Notes under the pieces: model-generated
Databases searched by the model: none
Told to the model about the DNA's origin: nothing
Seen by the model: only the letters and a program-made list of their open reading frames with translations
Translations under genes and position numbers: made by a program
Assembly (NCBI GenBank): GCA_965215505.1
Contig: OZ244065.1
Location: 3,072,001-3,136,000, forward strand
Direction of reading: 5' to 3'
Origin: Capsulimonadaceae bacterium
GTDB taxonomy: Bacteria; Armatimonadota; Armatimonadia; Armatimonadales; Capsulimonadaceae
Length of the DNA stretch: 64,000 nt
Part shown: positions 46,231 through 55,922 of the stretch, in pieces
Position numbering within the stretch: the stretch's first letter is position 1
Layout: each line of letters opens with the position of its first letter

Positions 46231-48264
46231 ATGGCGACCACCCGACCCGAAGCAGCCCCTAAAGCCGAGCAGGCCGCTCCTCTCCCGATCCGCGCCGGGC
46301 GGCCGGTCACGCCCCGCGCCGTCCTGACCGGGCTTGCCTGTGCCCTGCTGGTCTGCGGCATCACGCCCTACAACGACTACGCCGTGGCAGCTACCTACCT
46401 GTCGGGCAACTTCTTCCCCTTGGGCGCATTGGCCGCCGTCCTGCTGCTCGTCCTTGCCGTCAACCCCGTGCTCATCACGCTGGGGCGGCGGGACAAGGCG
46501 TTCATTCCGAGGCCGTTCAGCCCGAGCGAGGTCCTGACGGTCTGGGCCATGGTCATCATCGCGGCGGGCATCCCGTCGAGCGGCCTGATGCGCTACCTGC
46601 TGCCCCACATCGTCGCGCCCCACTACTTCGCCACGCGGACGAACCACTGGGAGGGACTGTTCCTGGCCCGCCTGCCCTCGTACCTGTTCGTCACCGACCA
46701 TGAGGCCGTGCGGACCTTCTTCGAGGGCCTGCACCGGGGCCAGCCGATCCCGTGGGGTGCGTGGGCCGTGCCGCTTGCCTGCTGGGGCGCGTTCTTCGCC
46801 TGCCTGTTCACGGCCTTCTTCTGCCTGGCGTCCCTGCTGCGGAAGCCCTGGGTGGAACACGAGCGGCTGGCCTTCCCCCTGGTCAGGCTGCCCGTCCTGC
46901 TCGCCGAGTCGCCCGCGCCGGGGCACTCGTTCAACGCCCTCCTGCGCGCGCCCCTGCTGTGGGTGGCGGTAGGGATGGTGACCGCCCTGCACACGGTCAA
47001 GGGCCTGCACCAGTTTTTCCCGACCATCCCCGACATCCCCGTGGTCTGGCATTCCGTGGACAACCTCAGCGGCCGGCCCTGGGACGGCATGGGGGACACG
47101 GCCCTGTACCTCTGGCCCCTCGTCGTCGGGTTCTCCTACCTGATGTCCGGCGAGGTCTGCCTGTCCCTGTGGCTGTTCTATTTGCTGTTCCGGGTGGAGG
47201 TGATGGTCGGCGTGCTGTACGCCTGGGACATGGGCAAGACGGGGACCGGCTTCGCGATGGGGCCGGCCTATACCATCTACCCCGAAGTCGGTGGTGCCCT
47301 GGCCCTGGCCGCCTGGACGGTTTGGACCATGCGCGGGCACCTGGGCGATGTCTGGCGCAAGGCCGTCCATGATGCGCCCGACGTGGACGATTCGGGCGAG
47401 CCACTGTCGTACCGCTTCGCCCTCTTCGGCCTGCTCGGCGGGTACGCGGGCATGTTCGCCTGGCTGACGCTCGTCGCCCGCATGCAGCCGCTGATGGCCG
47501 GGGGCGTGCTGTTCGGCAGCCTGGTCATCTTCCTGCTGCTGTCGTGGCTCGTCGCGCAGGCGGGCCTGCTGTTCGTCACGCAGGCCTTCGCGCCGTCCCA
47601 GATCATGACGGTTCTTGGCGGCGGCCTGCCCTTCGACGCCCGCTCCTTAGTCCTGGGGTCCCTGGTGGAGCACGTCGGCTGGCAGGACTCGCGCGAGTTC
47701 ATGCTGCCGCCCCTGCTGAACTCCTTCAAAGGGGCCGCCGAAACCGGCCTCTCCGCCCGCTCCCTGACCCGCGCCCTGGCCCTGTGCGTCCTGTGCGCCG
47801 TCGTCGTGTCGGGCGTGGTTTCTCTCTGGCTGCCCTACACCCACGGTGGCGCGCTGGCCCTCCAGAACCCCTGGATGTACCAGGCCGCCCCGCAGATCCC
47901 CTTCTCCTGGGCGGCGGGCCAGGCGGACAACCCGCACCCGCCCCAGGCCGGCGGGATCGCGCAGATCATCGGCGGCGCGCTGTTCGTCCTGGCCCTGTTC
48001 CTCTGCCGCGCCTATGTTCCCGCGCTGGGTTTGCACCCGGCGGGCTTCCTGGTCGCGGCCTCCTACGCCCTCTACTGCCTCTGGTTCTCCCTATTTCTGG
48101 GCTGGCTGGTCAAGGTCCCCCTGGTGCGCTACGGCGGGATGCGCGGCTACCGCCTGGCCCTCCCCTTCTTCCTGGGCCTCATCTTAGGCGACTGCCTGAA
48201 CGCCCTCGCCTGGGTCGCCGTCGGGTTAGCGACGGGCAAAGGCTACCAGCTCATGCCGGGGTGA
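46231..48264 (+). CDS. Polytopic membrane protein (DUF6785/DUF6784-like, putative transporter)
   Basis: Many TM segments; WVEHERLAFPL, YGG..YR...PFFLGLILGD. Confidence 0.75.
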   Translation: MATTRPEAAPKAEQAAPLPIRAGRPVTPRAVLTGLACALLVCGITPYNDYAVAATYLSGNFFPLGALAAVLLLVLAVNPVLITLGRRDKAFIPRPFSPSEVLTVWAMVIIAAGIPSSGLMRYLLPHIVAPHYFATRTNHWEGLFLARLPSYLFVTDHEAVRTFFEGLHRGQPIPWGAWAVPLACWGAFFACLFTAFFCLASLLRKPWVEHERLAFPLVRLPVLLAESPAPGHSFNALLRAPLLWVAVGMVTALHTVKGLHQFFPTIPDIPVVWHSVDNLSGRPWDGMGDTALYLWPLVVGFSYLMSGEVCLSLWLFYLLFRVEVMVGVLYAWDMGKTGTGFAMGPAYTIYPEVGGALALAAWTVWTMRGHLGDVWRKAVHDAPDVDDSGEPLSYRFALFGLLGGYAGMFAWLTLVARMQPLMAGGVLFGSLVIFLLLSWLVAQAGLLFVTQAFAPSQIMTVLGGGLPFDARSLVLGSLVEHVGWQDSREFMLPPLLNSFKGAAETGLSARSLTRALALCVLCAVVVSGVVSLWLPYTHGGALALQNPWMYQAAPQIPFSWAAGQADNPHPPQAGGIAQIIGGALFVLALFLCRAYVPALGLHPAGFLVAASYALYCLWFSLFLGWLVKVPLVRYGGMRGYRLALPFFLGLILGDCLNALAWVAVGLATGKGYQLMPG

Positions 48265-48280
48265 AGGCAGGCAGAAAAAC

Positions 48281-48327
48281 AGAACGGCCCGGCGGTAATC
48301 GCCGGGCCGTCTTCGGTTCTTCTTTTT
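48281..48327. terminator. Bidirectional terminator
   Basis: acggcccggcg-gtaat-cgccgggccgt with A- and T-rich flanks. Confidence 0.75.
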
Positions 48328-48339
48328 CGCGCGCCTTTC

Positions 48340-48588
48340 TCAGACCGCCGCCCTGTCGGCGGTCTGGGGCGTGTCCCGCTCCTGGGGTTTCACCCGCGCG
48401 TAATCAAAGGAGAGGGAGTAAGGATTGTCAACACGCTGCGAAGCGTCCAACAGCTCGATTCCGACCGTATTGCCCGCCGTGTCATAGTCAAAGATGACGC
48501 CCGGCTGGACTTCATCGCTGTCGGCGATTGGCGTGTCGCAGAGAGTGATCGTCAGCACGTCAACTTCCTCATCGTATGCCATCTTCAT
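48340..48588 (-). CDS. DUF2283-family protein
   Basis: YDEEVDVLTI...PGVIFDYD..G.TVGIELLDAS. Confidence 0.85.
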   Translation of the reverse strand: MKMAYDEEVDVLTITLCDTPIADSDEVQPGVIFDYDTAGNTVGIELLDASQRVDNPYSLSFDYARVKPQERDTPQTADRAAV

Positions 48589-48598
48589 CGTTGATTCC

Positions 48599-48850
48599 TC
48601 AGACCCAGTACTTGTCAATCTGACTCGTGAAATAGACCGTCACGATGACTGCCGGTGTGACATCATCGGCAACGATCAGCCGCAGCAGGAACTCTGAGCT
48701 GCCCCTGTTCCAGCGCGACTGGTAACACTTTTTGCCGTTCACCTCATCCACGACCTGCCCCGGTGCCTGCATCACGGCGTCCACCGCCTGCTCGGGAATG
48801 CCGCGCGCCGCCATTTGCTGCCGCGCGTGCCGTGATATCCGGTAAAGCAT
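48599..48850 (-). CDS. DUF4258-family protein (putative toxin, partner of DUF2283)
   Basis: SRHARQQMAARGI...VTVY.TS. Confidence 0.8.
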   Translation of the reverse strand: MLYRISRHARQQMAARGIPEQAVDAVMQAPGQVVDEVNGKKCYQSRWNRGSSEFLLRLIVADDVTPAVIVTVYFTSQIDKYWV

Positions 48851-48949
48851 GGTTCCGACGCCTCCGCTACAGAACTCTGCAACGGTGCGAGTGTACCACT
48901 TCCGTACAGCACGAAACAAGTGGTAGAATGCTTCTGCACAAAGGAAGAG

Positions 48950-49469
48950 GTGTCTCTTGAGTTAGCCTTCTGTCGTCACGTTCCGGGTTGAGTTCCCGCC
49001 CGAGGTCGAGGCGGAGCGTGAGCCTGTTTTTGAGGCGATCCGGCGGGGCCTGTCCGCCGCCACCCCCGCGTCGGTCGCGGAGGCGAGCCGGGCGCAAAAG
49101 GCTTGGCTGGAGCGTTACCCGGATGACTACGCCATGTGGGACGTCGGCGGAACGATCTCACTGCTGGCCGACGCACTGGAGGCCGAGCCACCGGCGGAAG
49201 CACAGCGCGAAGAAGCTTTCCAGGCCCTGGAACGGGCCATGCGCGACCGCACGGAGGAAGCGGTCCAGACAGGGCTGGCGCTCGCCCGCGCCTGGCTTGC
49301 CCGTCGCCCCGATGATTGGACCATGCGCGATGCGGGCGAGCCGGTCGCGATGCTGGCCGACGCCTTGGAGATCGTCGCCCGTGAGGCGCGGGAAGAAAAG
49401 GCGCGCGAAATGCGGGACGCGCCCGCCGTCGCCGCCCAGCGCAGGAAGGCAGGGAGCCAGGCGTCATAG
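48950..49469 (+). CDS. Hypothetical two-repeat helical protein, apparent frameshift near 48966
   Basis: AWLERYPDDYAMWD..LLADALE and AWLARRPDDWTMRD..MLADALE; the GTG with a purine-rich SD at 48950 is out of frame. Confidence 0.5.
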
Positions 49470-49571
49470 CCCGTCAGAGCCGCGCACCGGTTTAGGCGCG
49501 GCCTGCGCGGGGCATGAGAGCAGGAAGAGGCCGGGACCGCCTGCCCACCGGAAAGGACGCGAAAGACGCTC

Positions 49572-50021
49572 ATGGAAGCCGCGGACGAGAGTGAAGCCGC
49601 CCACCTAGCCGGCGGGGGACAGGAGGCAGGGCAGGAGGGAGATTCCGGCACCGCCTCCGCGCGGGCGCAGAACCGGAAAGGCGGGTGGCTTATACTCGGG
49701 GCCGTCGCCGTCATCCTCCTGCTCTGCGTTCTCAACGTGCTGTACAGCCACTTCGCGGAGTTCCGCTACTTCCGGCCCGGCATCCGCGACTTCGACGCGC
49801 GGAGGTATCCGGCGGCGGAGGCCGAGTTCCGCACCTATCTACACTGGGTCAATGACGCCGACGGGCATTATTTCCTGGGGCAGACCTTGCTGGCGGAGGG
49901 GCAGATCTCGGCGGCCCGCGCCGAGTTCCTGCGCGACGTCGCTGTGCGGCCCGGCAACCAGACCGGAAGGCGGTCGGCCCTCAGCGCCCGGTCTGCCGCG
50001 ATCCTTCGCGGGCTGCACTGA
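49572..50021 (+). CDS. Hypothetical membrane-anchored TPR-like protein
   Basis: One TM helix; DADGHYFLGQTLLAEG..AARAEF. Confidence 0.6.
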   Translation: MEAADESEAAHLAGGGQEAGQEGDSGTASARAQNRKGGWLILGAVAVILLLCVLNVLYSHFAEFRYFRPGIRDFDARRYPAAEAEFRTYLHWVNDADGHYFLGQTLLAEGQISAARAEFLRDVAVRPGNQTGRRSALSARSAAILRGLH

Positions 50022-50237
50022 TGCCGGGGGCGGCTGCCTCCTCCCCCTTGCCCTCCTTCCTCCCCCCCGCCCTCCTTCCTTTCCTCGCGCCGCCTGCCGG
50101 TTTGGCACGGTTCTTGCGCTGGCAGAAATCAGGTATAATTGGCGGCACGTTACCCCGGCATCGTCGCCGCATCTACCGATCTCCCAATCCCTACCGACAG
50201 AAAAGACAGGCAGCAGAGAAAGACAGAAAGAGGCGTC

Positions 50238-52916
50238 ATGTTTCGATTCCCCGGCTGCCCCGCCGCCCTGGGCCTCGCCGCCCTGGGCCTCGCCGCCCTC
50301 GGCCTCGCCCTGGGCGCGGCCACCCCCGCCCGGTCCCAGACACCCACCCCGACAGCCGCCCCGGCGCCCGCGCGCCAGCAGACGCGCGGGGACACGCTGC
50401 CGCTACACGAGATGCGGGCGCGCACGTTCCACGCCACGCACTACGCGCTGCGCCTGCGCGTGGACCAGGTGCGCCAGACGCTGGCCGGCACCGTCACCAT
50501 TGACCTGACGCCGTTCGCGGACGACTTCCGCACCCTGACGCTGGACGCGGACGGGCTGACCATCGCGGACGTGACGCGGGCGGGGCGGACGGCCCCGCTG
50601 CCGTTCCAGGTGTCCGACGGGCACCTCGACATCACGCTCGACCGCCCCTACCATGCCGCCGAGCCGCTGACCGTCACCGTCCGCTACCAGGCGGTCAAGC
50701 CCAAGCGCGGGGCCTGGTTCATCGCCGCCCACCCGAAATCCCACACGCCGCGCGTCCTGTGGACGCAGGGCGAGTCCGAGGACACCCACGCCTGGTTCCC
50801 CTGCTACGACTTCCCCAACGACCGGGCCACGTCGGAGATCTGGGCGACGGTGGACGCGGACGACCTCACGATCTCAAACGGCGCGCTGGTCGGGCAGGAG
50901 AAGAACGCGGACGGGACGCGCACCGACCACTGGGTCGAGTCCACGCCCCATTCCACCTACCTGACATCGCTGATCGCCGGACCTTACGAGAAAGTGACGG
51001 ACCATCTGGGCAGCCTGGAAGTCTCCTACTACGGCTACCGGGGCGACTCGGACCGGCTGCGGCGGTCGTTCGGCATGACCCCGGACATCATCGCCTTCTA
51101 CCAGACGGCCCTGGGCGTCCCCTACCCCTACGAGAAGTATTCGCAGACCGTCGTCCCCGACTTCATCGCCGGGGGCATGGAGAACATCTCGGCGACCACC
51201 CAGAGCGACAATGTGCTGCACGGGCCGGGCGGTGAGCCGGATCACGAGTCGGAAAGTCTGGCCGCCCACGAGCTGGCCCACCAGTGGTTCGGGGACCTGG
51301 TGACCTGCCGGGACTGGTCGAACATCTGGCTCAACGAGGGGTTCGCCACCTACTTCGCCTCGCTCTACACCGAGCACGCCCACGGCGAGGCCGCTTTCCA
51401 GGCGGAGATGCGTCAGCAGCAGGCCTCGTATCGCCGGGAGGATGCGGACCGCTGGCGGCACCCGATGGTGGAGATGCGCTATGACACCCCGGAGGACCTC
51501 TTCACCGGCCACAGCTACGACAAGGGAGCGTCCGTCCTGCACATGCTCCGGTTCGTCCTGGGCGATGCCGCCTTCTTCCGCTCCCTGCACCGCTATTTGA
51601 CCGACCATGCCGGCGGGAACGTGGACACCGAAGACCTGCGCCGGGCCGCCGAGGCCGAGACCGGCCAGTCGCTGGGCTGGTTCTTCGATGAGTGGGCCGC
51701 TGAGGGCGGCTTCCCCGCCTTCCAGGTCAGCCATGTCTACGATGACACCGCGCATACCGTCTCGGTGACGGTGGCGCAGACGCAGACGGAGGACGCGGCG
51801 ACGGCGACGCCCGCCGTGTACCGGATGCCGGTCGAGATCGGGCTGCTCTCCGATCTGGGGATGACGACGACGCGGCTCCAGATCACCGGGCGCGAACAGA
51901 CCTTCGTGCTGCCCGCCGCCTCGCGGCCCCGCGCCGTGCTGCTGGACCCGGCGGGCTGGCTGCTCAAGACCGTCTCCGACGACAACGGGCGCGACGCCCA
52001 GATCGCCGTCCTGGCCCGCGCCCCCGCCGTGCCGGCGCGTCTAACAGCCGCCGAGGCGCTGGGCCGACTGCCCGACGACCCGGCGGCCGAGGCCGCCCTG
52101 GCATCCGCCCTGGCCGCCGACGCCTTCCCCGGCGTCCGCGCGGCCTGCGCCGCTGCCCTGGGCGGGATGACCACACCCGGTGCCGAGGCCGCCCTGCTGC
52201 GGGCATCACGGGCCGAGGCCGACGTGCCGGTGCGGGGGGCGGTCCTGTCCGGGCTGGGGCACTTCACCGACGCCCCCGCGCGGGCCATCGTCCGGGAGGC
52301 TTTGGCGGACCCACACTACGCCATCCAATCAGCGGCGATCCGGGCATCCGTGCGGCAGAAGTCGCCCGACTTTCCGCGTTTGCAAGCCATCCTGACCACT
52401 GCAAGCTCCGACCGGGCCTACGACCGGGTGCGCTCCGCGGCCCTGGATGCCCTGCTGGTCCCGGCCAATCCGGGGGCACTGCGGGAGGCCCTGGCCTACC
52501 TCGCCCCCGCCCAGCCGGACAGCCTGCGCTACGTCGCCGCTTCGAGCTTGGGCACGCTGGGCCTGGGCCGCCCCGAGGTGACCGCGCATCTGACGGCCCT
52601 GCTGGGCGAGACCCCCCCGGTCCGGTTTCTGCGCCGCATTGCGCTGGATGCCCTGAAGACGCGCGGCGACGCGCGTGCCGTTCCCGCCCTGCGCCGGCTC
52701 GCCTCGGCCCCGGACACGGACGCCGCCACGCGCCAGTCAGTGACGGACGTGGCCGACGCCTTGCAAGCCGGGGGGACGCCGGAGGGGCGGGTGACGACGC
52801 TGGAGCGCGAGGTCAAGACGCTGACGACCCAGAACACCGAGATGAAGGCCCGCCTGGACGCCCTCGCCCCTCCGGCCCGTCCCACGCTCAGGGCCGCGCC
52901 CAAGCCCGCCCCCTAA
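50238..52916 (+). CDS. M1-family aminopeptidase with HEAT repeats
   Basis: GGMEN, HELAHQWFGD, WLNEGFA, YDKG; signal peptide with ALGLA repeats. Confidence 0.93.
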   Translation: MFRFPGCPAALGLAALGLAALGLALGAATPARSQTPTPTAAPAPARQQTRGDTLPLHEMRARTFHATHYALRLRVDQVRQTLAGTVTIDLTPFADDFRTLTLDADGLTIADVTRAGRTAPLPFQVSDGHLDITLDRPYHAAEPLTVTVRYQAVKPKRGAWFIAAHPKSHTPRVLWTQGESEDTHAWFPCYDFPNDRATSEIWATVDADDLTISNGALVGQEKNADGTRTDHWVESTPHSTYLTSLIAGPYEKVTDHLGSLEVSYYGYRGDSDRLRRSFGMTPDIIAFYQTALGVPYPYEKYSQTVVPDFIAGGMENISATTQSDNVLHGPGGEPDHESESLAAHELAHQWFGDLVTCRDWSNIWLNEGFATYFASLYTEHAHGEAAFQAEMRQQQASYRREDADRWRHPMVEMRYDTPEDLFTGHSYDKGASVLHMLRFVLGDAAFFRSLHRYLTDHAGGNVDTEDLRRAAEAETGQSLGWFFDEWAAEGGFPAFQVSHVYDDTAHTVSVTVAQTQTEDAATATPAVYRMPVEIGLLSDLGMTTTRLQITGREQTFVLPAASRPRAVLLDPAGWLLKTVSDDNGRDAQIAVLARAPAVPARLTAAEALGRLPDDPAAEAALASALAADAFPGVRAACAAALGGMTTPGAEAALLRASRAEADVPVRGAVLSGLGHFTDAPARAIVREALADPHYAIQSAAIRASVRQKSPDFPRLQAILTTASSDRAYDRVRSAALDALLVPANPGALREALAYLAPAQPDSLRYVAASSLGTLGLGRPEVTAHLTALLGETPPVRFLRRIALDALKTRGDARAVPALRRLASAPDTDAATRQSVTDVADALQAGGTPEGRVTTLEREVKTLTTQNTEMKARLDALAPPARPTLRAAPKPAP

Positions 52917-53000
52917 GCCGCCGTAGGGGCGGCCCTAGGCCGGGCTAGGCTTATGCAAAAAAGGAGTGATAGGAATGAGTGATAGGAATGAGTGGAGCCG

Positions 53001-53291
53001 ATGAGTGAGGAGCAAGAGCGGCTGAGGGAGCGCGAAGAACTGATCTCCGCCCTGCGGAACTTCGCCGAACACTTCGGGGCCGCCGAAGTCTACCAGCAGG
53101 CGCGGGCGATCTACCTGGAGAGTCCCGCCGGGCGGGCCGAGCGGGAGCAGGAGGCGGCGGACGCCTTCGCCTCCGCCCTGCGCGGCAGCGGCCAGTCCCC
53201 CTCCGAGCGCCCGACGCGGGCGACGCCGGGCAGGAGATCAGGCGGAGGGTCGTCGCCCCTGGCGGACGCCAAGAAGGCGCTCGGGGGCTGA
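53001..53291 (+). CDS. Hypothetical protein
   Basis: GGAG before ATG and plausible composition only. Confidence 0.55.
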   Translation: MSEEQERLREREELISALRNFAEHFGAAEVYQQARAIYLESPAGRAEREQEAADAFASALRGSGQSPSERPTRATPGRRSGGGSSPLADAKKALGG

Positions 53292-53372
53292 ACGAAAGGG
53301 AAGAAACGCCTCCCGCCGCCGCCTGAGAATGGATAGCAGGGCGGGAAGAGAAGAGGGCGGGGGGACATGGGA

Positions 53373-53469
53373 GGGTGGGGGGACTCCGCCCCTACGCCGT
53401 CATCCGTAGGGGCGAACCTTGTGTTCGCCCTCCTCTCCGGGAAGAGGGCGCAGCAAGCGGCGCCCCTAC
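53373..53469. repeat. Cluster of three different GTAG-REP types
   Basis: Units at 53373-53395, 53406-53430 and 53446-53469. Confidence 0.8.
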
Positions 53470-53488
53470 ACGTCCGCCCCACGTCCCC

Positions 53489-54292
53489 CTAACCCTTCAG
53501 CAGCGTCCCCGCCGCCGCCTTCTCCGAATGCGTATCGCCCCCCTTGTCCGCCTGGGGCGTCAGGACCGGCTCGCCCGTGGAGGGCCAGCGGCGGGCGAGG
53601 ACTTCGTGCAGGGCCAGGCAGGCGATCAGCCACGGGACGCCCGCCGTCCACCCCGCCAGGACGTCGGTGGGATAGTGGACGCCCACATAGATCCGCGAGA
53701 CGCCGATGGAGAAGACGACCAGCACGGTGACGATCCGCACCAGGAGCCGCGCCGCATGGTTCTTGAACAGGTGCAGGACGAAGTACCCGAGCAGGCCGTA
53801 GACCACCATCGCGATGAGCGAGTGGCCGGACGGGAATGAGAAGCCCGATTCGTGCAGCAGCGGCGCGAAGAACGAGGGCCGGGGCCGCTTGATGAACAGC
53901 TTGACGCCCTGGATAATGACGCCCGACCCGATGACGGCGATGGGCAGGGTCCAGGCCGCCCCGCGCACCTTGCGCCAGACCAGACCCAGCAGGGCTGCCC
54001 CGGCGGCGATCCCGACGATGACCGGCGGCGACCCGGTGCGGGCCAGGATCGTCGCCGCTTGGGTGAAGGCGGGCGCGCGGTGGGCGCGCATCCAGTAGAG
54101 GATGTTCCGGTCGAAGGGCGTCACGTCGCTCCCGTTGTCTTTGACGAAGTCCAGCAGCTTGGCGAAGACCACGGTGAAGACGACGGCCAGGACCAGCCCG
54201 ACGGCGACGTGCCGCAGGACGATGTTCGGGGCCGCCTGAGTGGCGTTGGCCCGGTCTGCGGCCTGACGGGCTTGATGAATGACATTGCTCAT
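53489..54292 (-). CDS. PAP2-family membrane phosphatase
   Basis: K..IKRPRP, SFPSGH, SRIYVGVHYPTDV. Confidence 0.93.
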   Translation of the reverse strand: MSNVIHQARQAADRANATQAAPNIVLRHVAVGLVLAVVFTVVFAKLLDFVKDNGSDVTPFDRNILYWMRAHRAPAFTQAATILARTGSPPVIVGIAAGAALLGLVWRKVRGAAWTLPIAVIGSGVIIQGVKLFIKRPRPSFFAPLLHESGFSFPSGHSLIAMVVYGLLGYFVLHLFKNHAARLLVRIVTVLVVFSIGVSRIYVGVHYPTDVLAGWTAGVPWLIACLALHEVLARRWPSTGEPVLTPQADKGGDTHSEKAAAGTLLKG

Positions 54293-54440
54293 AACCGCGT
54301 TTGTACCCGCTTTTTCGCCTCATGGGCGTCCCCTTGCGGAACGCCATTGCCTTCCGGCGTGTTAATACGGTATAATTGGGAGTTGGCTGTCTTTAAGGCC
54401 CGCCGATGGGTGTTCCCACGGCATTGATAGGAGAAACGAC

Positions 54441-54647
54441 ATGAAGACCGGAATCCATCCCGAATACAAAGACGTCTCGATCACCTGCGGGTCGTGCGGC
54501 CACGTCTACCAGACCCGCTCGACCGGCGAGAAGCTGTCCACCGAGATCTGCGGCAATTGCCATCCCTTCTACACCGGCAAGCAGAAGCTGCTCGACAGCG
54601 CGGGCCGCGTGGACAAGTTCCTTTCCAAGTACGGCCTGAAGAAGTAG
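54441..54647 (+). CDS. rpmE: 50S ribosomal protein L31 (Zn-binding type)
   Basis: [13 protein letters not shown]...[18 protein letters not shown] at 54371. Confidence 0.97.
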   Translation: MKTGIHPEYKDVSITCGSCGHVYQTRSTGEKLSTEICGNCHPFYTGKQKLLDSAGRVDKFLSKYGLKK

Positions 54648-54765
54648 TAGCGGGCGCAATCCTCGGAGGGCGCAGCGAGCGGTGCCCCTACAGCCAAAAC
54701 CGTAGGGGCGCTGCTTGCTGCGCCCTTGAACTCTTAAAGCTTGCACTCTTGAGGCGGCGGTGAAA

Positions 54766-55812
54766 ATGGACGAGCGGACACAGTACGGCGGCCAGGCGGT
54801 GGTCGAGGGCGTGATGATGCGAAGCCCGCGTTTCTTCGCCGTCGCCTGCCGCCGCCTGTCCACGCAGGAGATCGTCGTCGCCCTCGAACCCATCGAGAAG
54901 CACCTGCGCGCCTTCCAGTGGCTCAACAAGCCCTTCCTGCGCGGCTCGCTGGCATTAGTGGATGCCATGGCGCTGGGCATCAAGGCGCTCACCTACGCCG
55001 CCAACGTCCAGGCGACGGATACAGGCACCCCCGAGGACAGGGCGGCCGGGGTCGCGGCGGGCGCGGTAAATCTGGCGATGGGCGAGGGCGTGGCCGAGAA
55101 GCAGAAGTCGTCCGACGGCACCATCAACGGCATCGCCATCGGCATCACGACGGTACTCTCGCTAGTCATCGGCTACGCCGGCTTTTGGGTCGTCCCGGCC
55201 CTCCTGACCGACCGCTTCCTGCCGGGCCACGGGCAACTGCTGTCCAACCTGATCGAAGGGGCGATCCGGCTCAGTTTCTTTTTCCTCTATATCACGGCCA
55301 TCTCGCAGGGGAAGAACATCCAGCGCGTTTTCCAGTACCACGGCGCGGAACACAAGGCGATCAACACCCTGGAAGCGGGCCTGCCGATGACGGTGGGGAA
55401 CGCGCTCCAGGCCAGCCGCATCCACCCGCGCTGCGGCACCAACTTCATCTTCATCGTGCTGATCACGTCCATCGTCGTCTTCTCGGTCGTCCCGCGCCAC
55501 GCCTTCTCCGAAGGCATCCTGCCGGTGCTGACCACGGTCGGCCTGCGCCTCCTGCTGCTGCCCTTCGTCGCCGGCATCGCCTTCGAGATATTGAAGTGGG
55601 CCGGGGCCAATCGAGATAAAGCCTGGGCGCAGGCGTTGATCGCGCCGGGCCTGTGGACGCAGTATCTAACGACGCGCGTGCCCGACGAAAGCCAGATCGC
55701 GGTCGCCATCGCCGCGCTGGACGCGGTCTGGGCGCGCGAGCATTCCGGCGTGCGGCTGTGTCCCGTGGACGTGGAAGGCCAGACAGAGGGCGAGATTGCG
55801 GCGCTGGCCTAG
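54766..55812 (+). CDS. DUF1385-domain membrane protein
   Basis: YGGQAVVEGVMMR, YHGAEHK, HPRCGTNF. Confidence 0.92.
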   Translation: MDERTQYGGQAVVEGVMMRSPRFFAVACRRLSTQEIVVALEPIEKHLRAFQWLNKPFLRGSLALVDAMALGIKALTYAANVQATDTGTPEDRAAGVAAGAVNLAMGEGVAEKQKSSDGTINGIAIGITTVLSLVIGYAGFWVVPALLTDRFLPGHGQLLSNLIEGAIRLSFFFLYITAISQGKNIQRVFQYHGAEHKAINTLEAGLPMTVGNALQASRIHPRCGTNFIFIVLITSIVVFSVVPRHAFSEGILPVLTTVGLRLLLLPFVAGIAFEILKWAGANRDKAWAQALIAPGLWTQYLTTRVPDESQIAVAIAALDAVWAREHSGVRLCPVDVEGQTEGEIAALA

Positions 55813-55922
55813 CGGCCGGGATGTGGTCATGCTGTAGGGGCGGGGTCCCCCCGCCCTCCTTCCCTGTCCAGGCCTTTCCGTCCTGTGCGGGCCGTCCCGT
55901 CTCCATCCCGAGGATCATCCCT

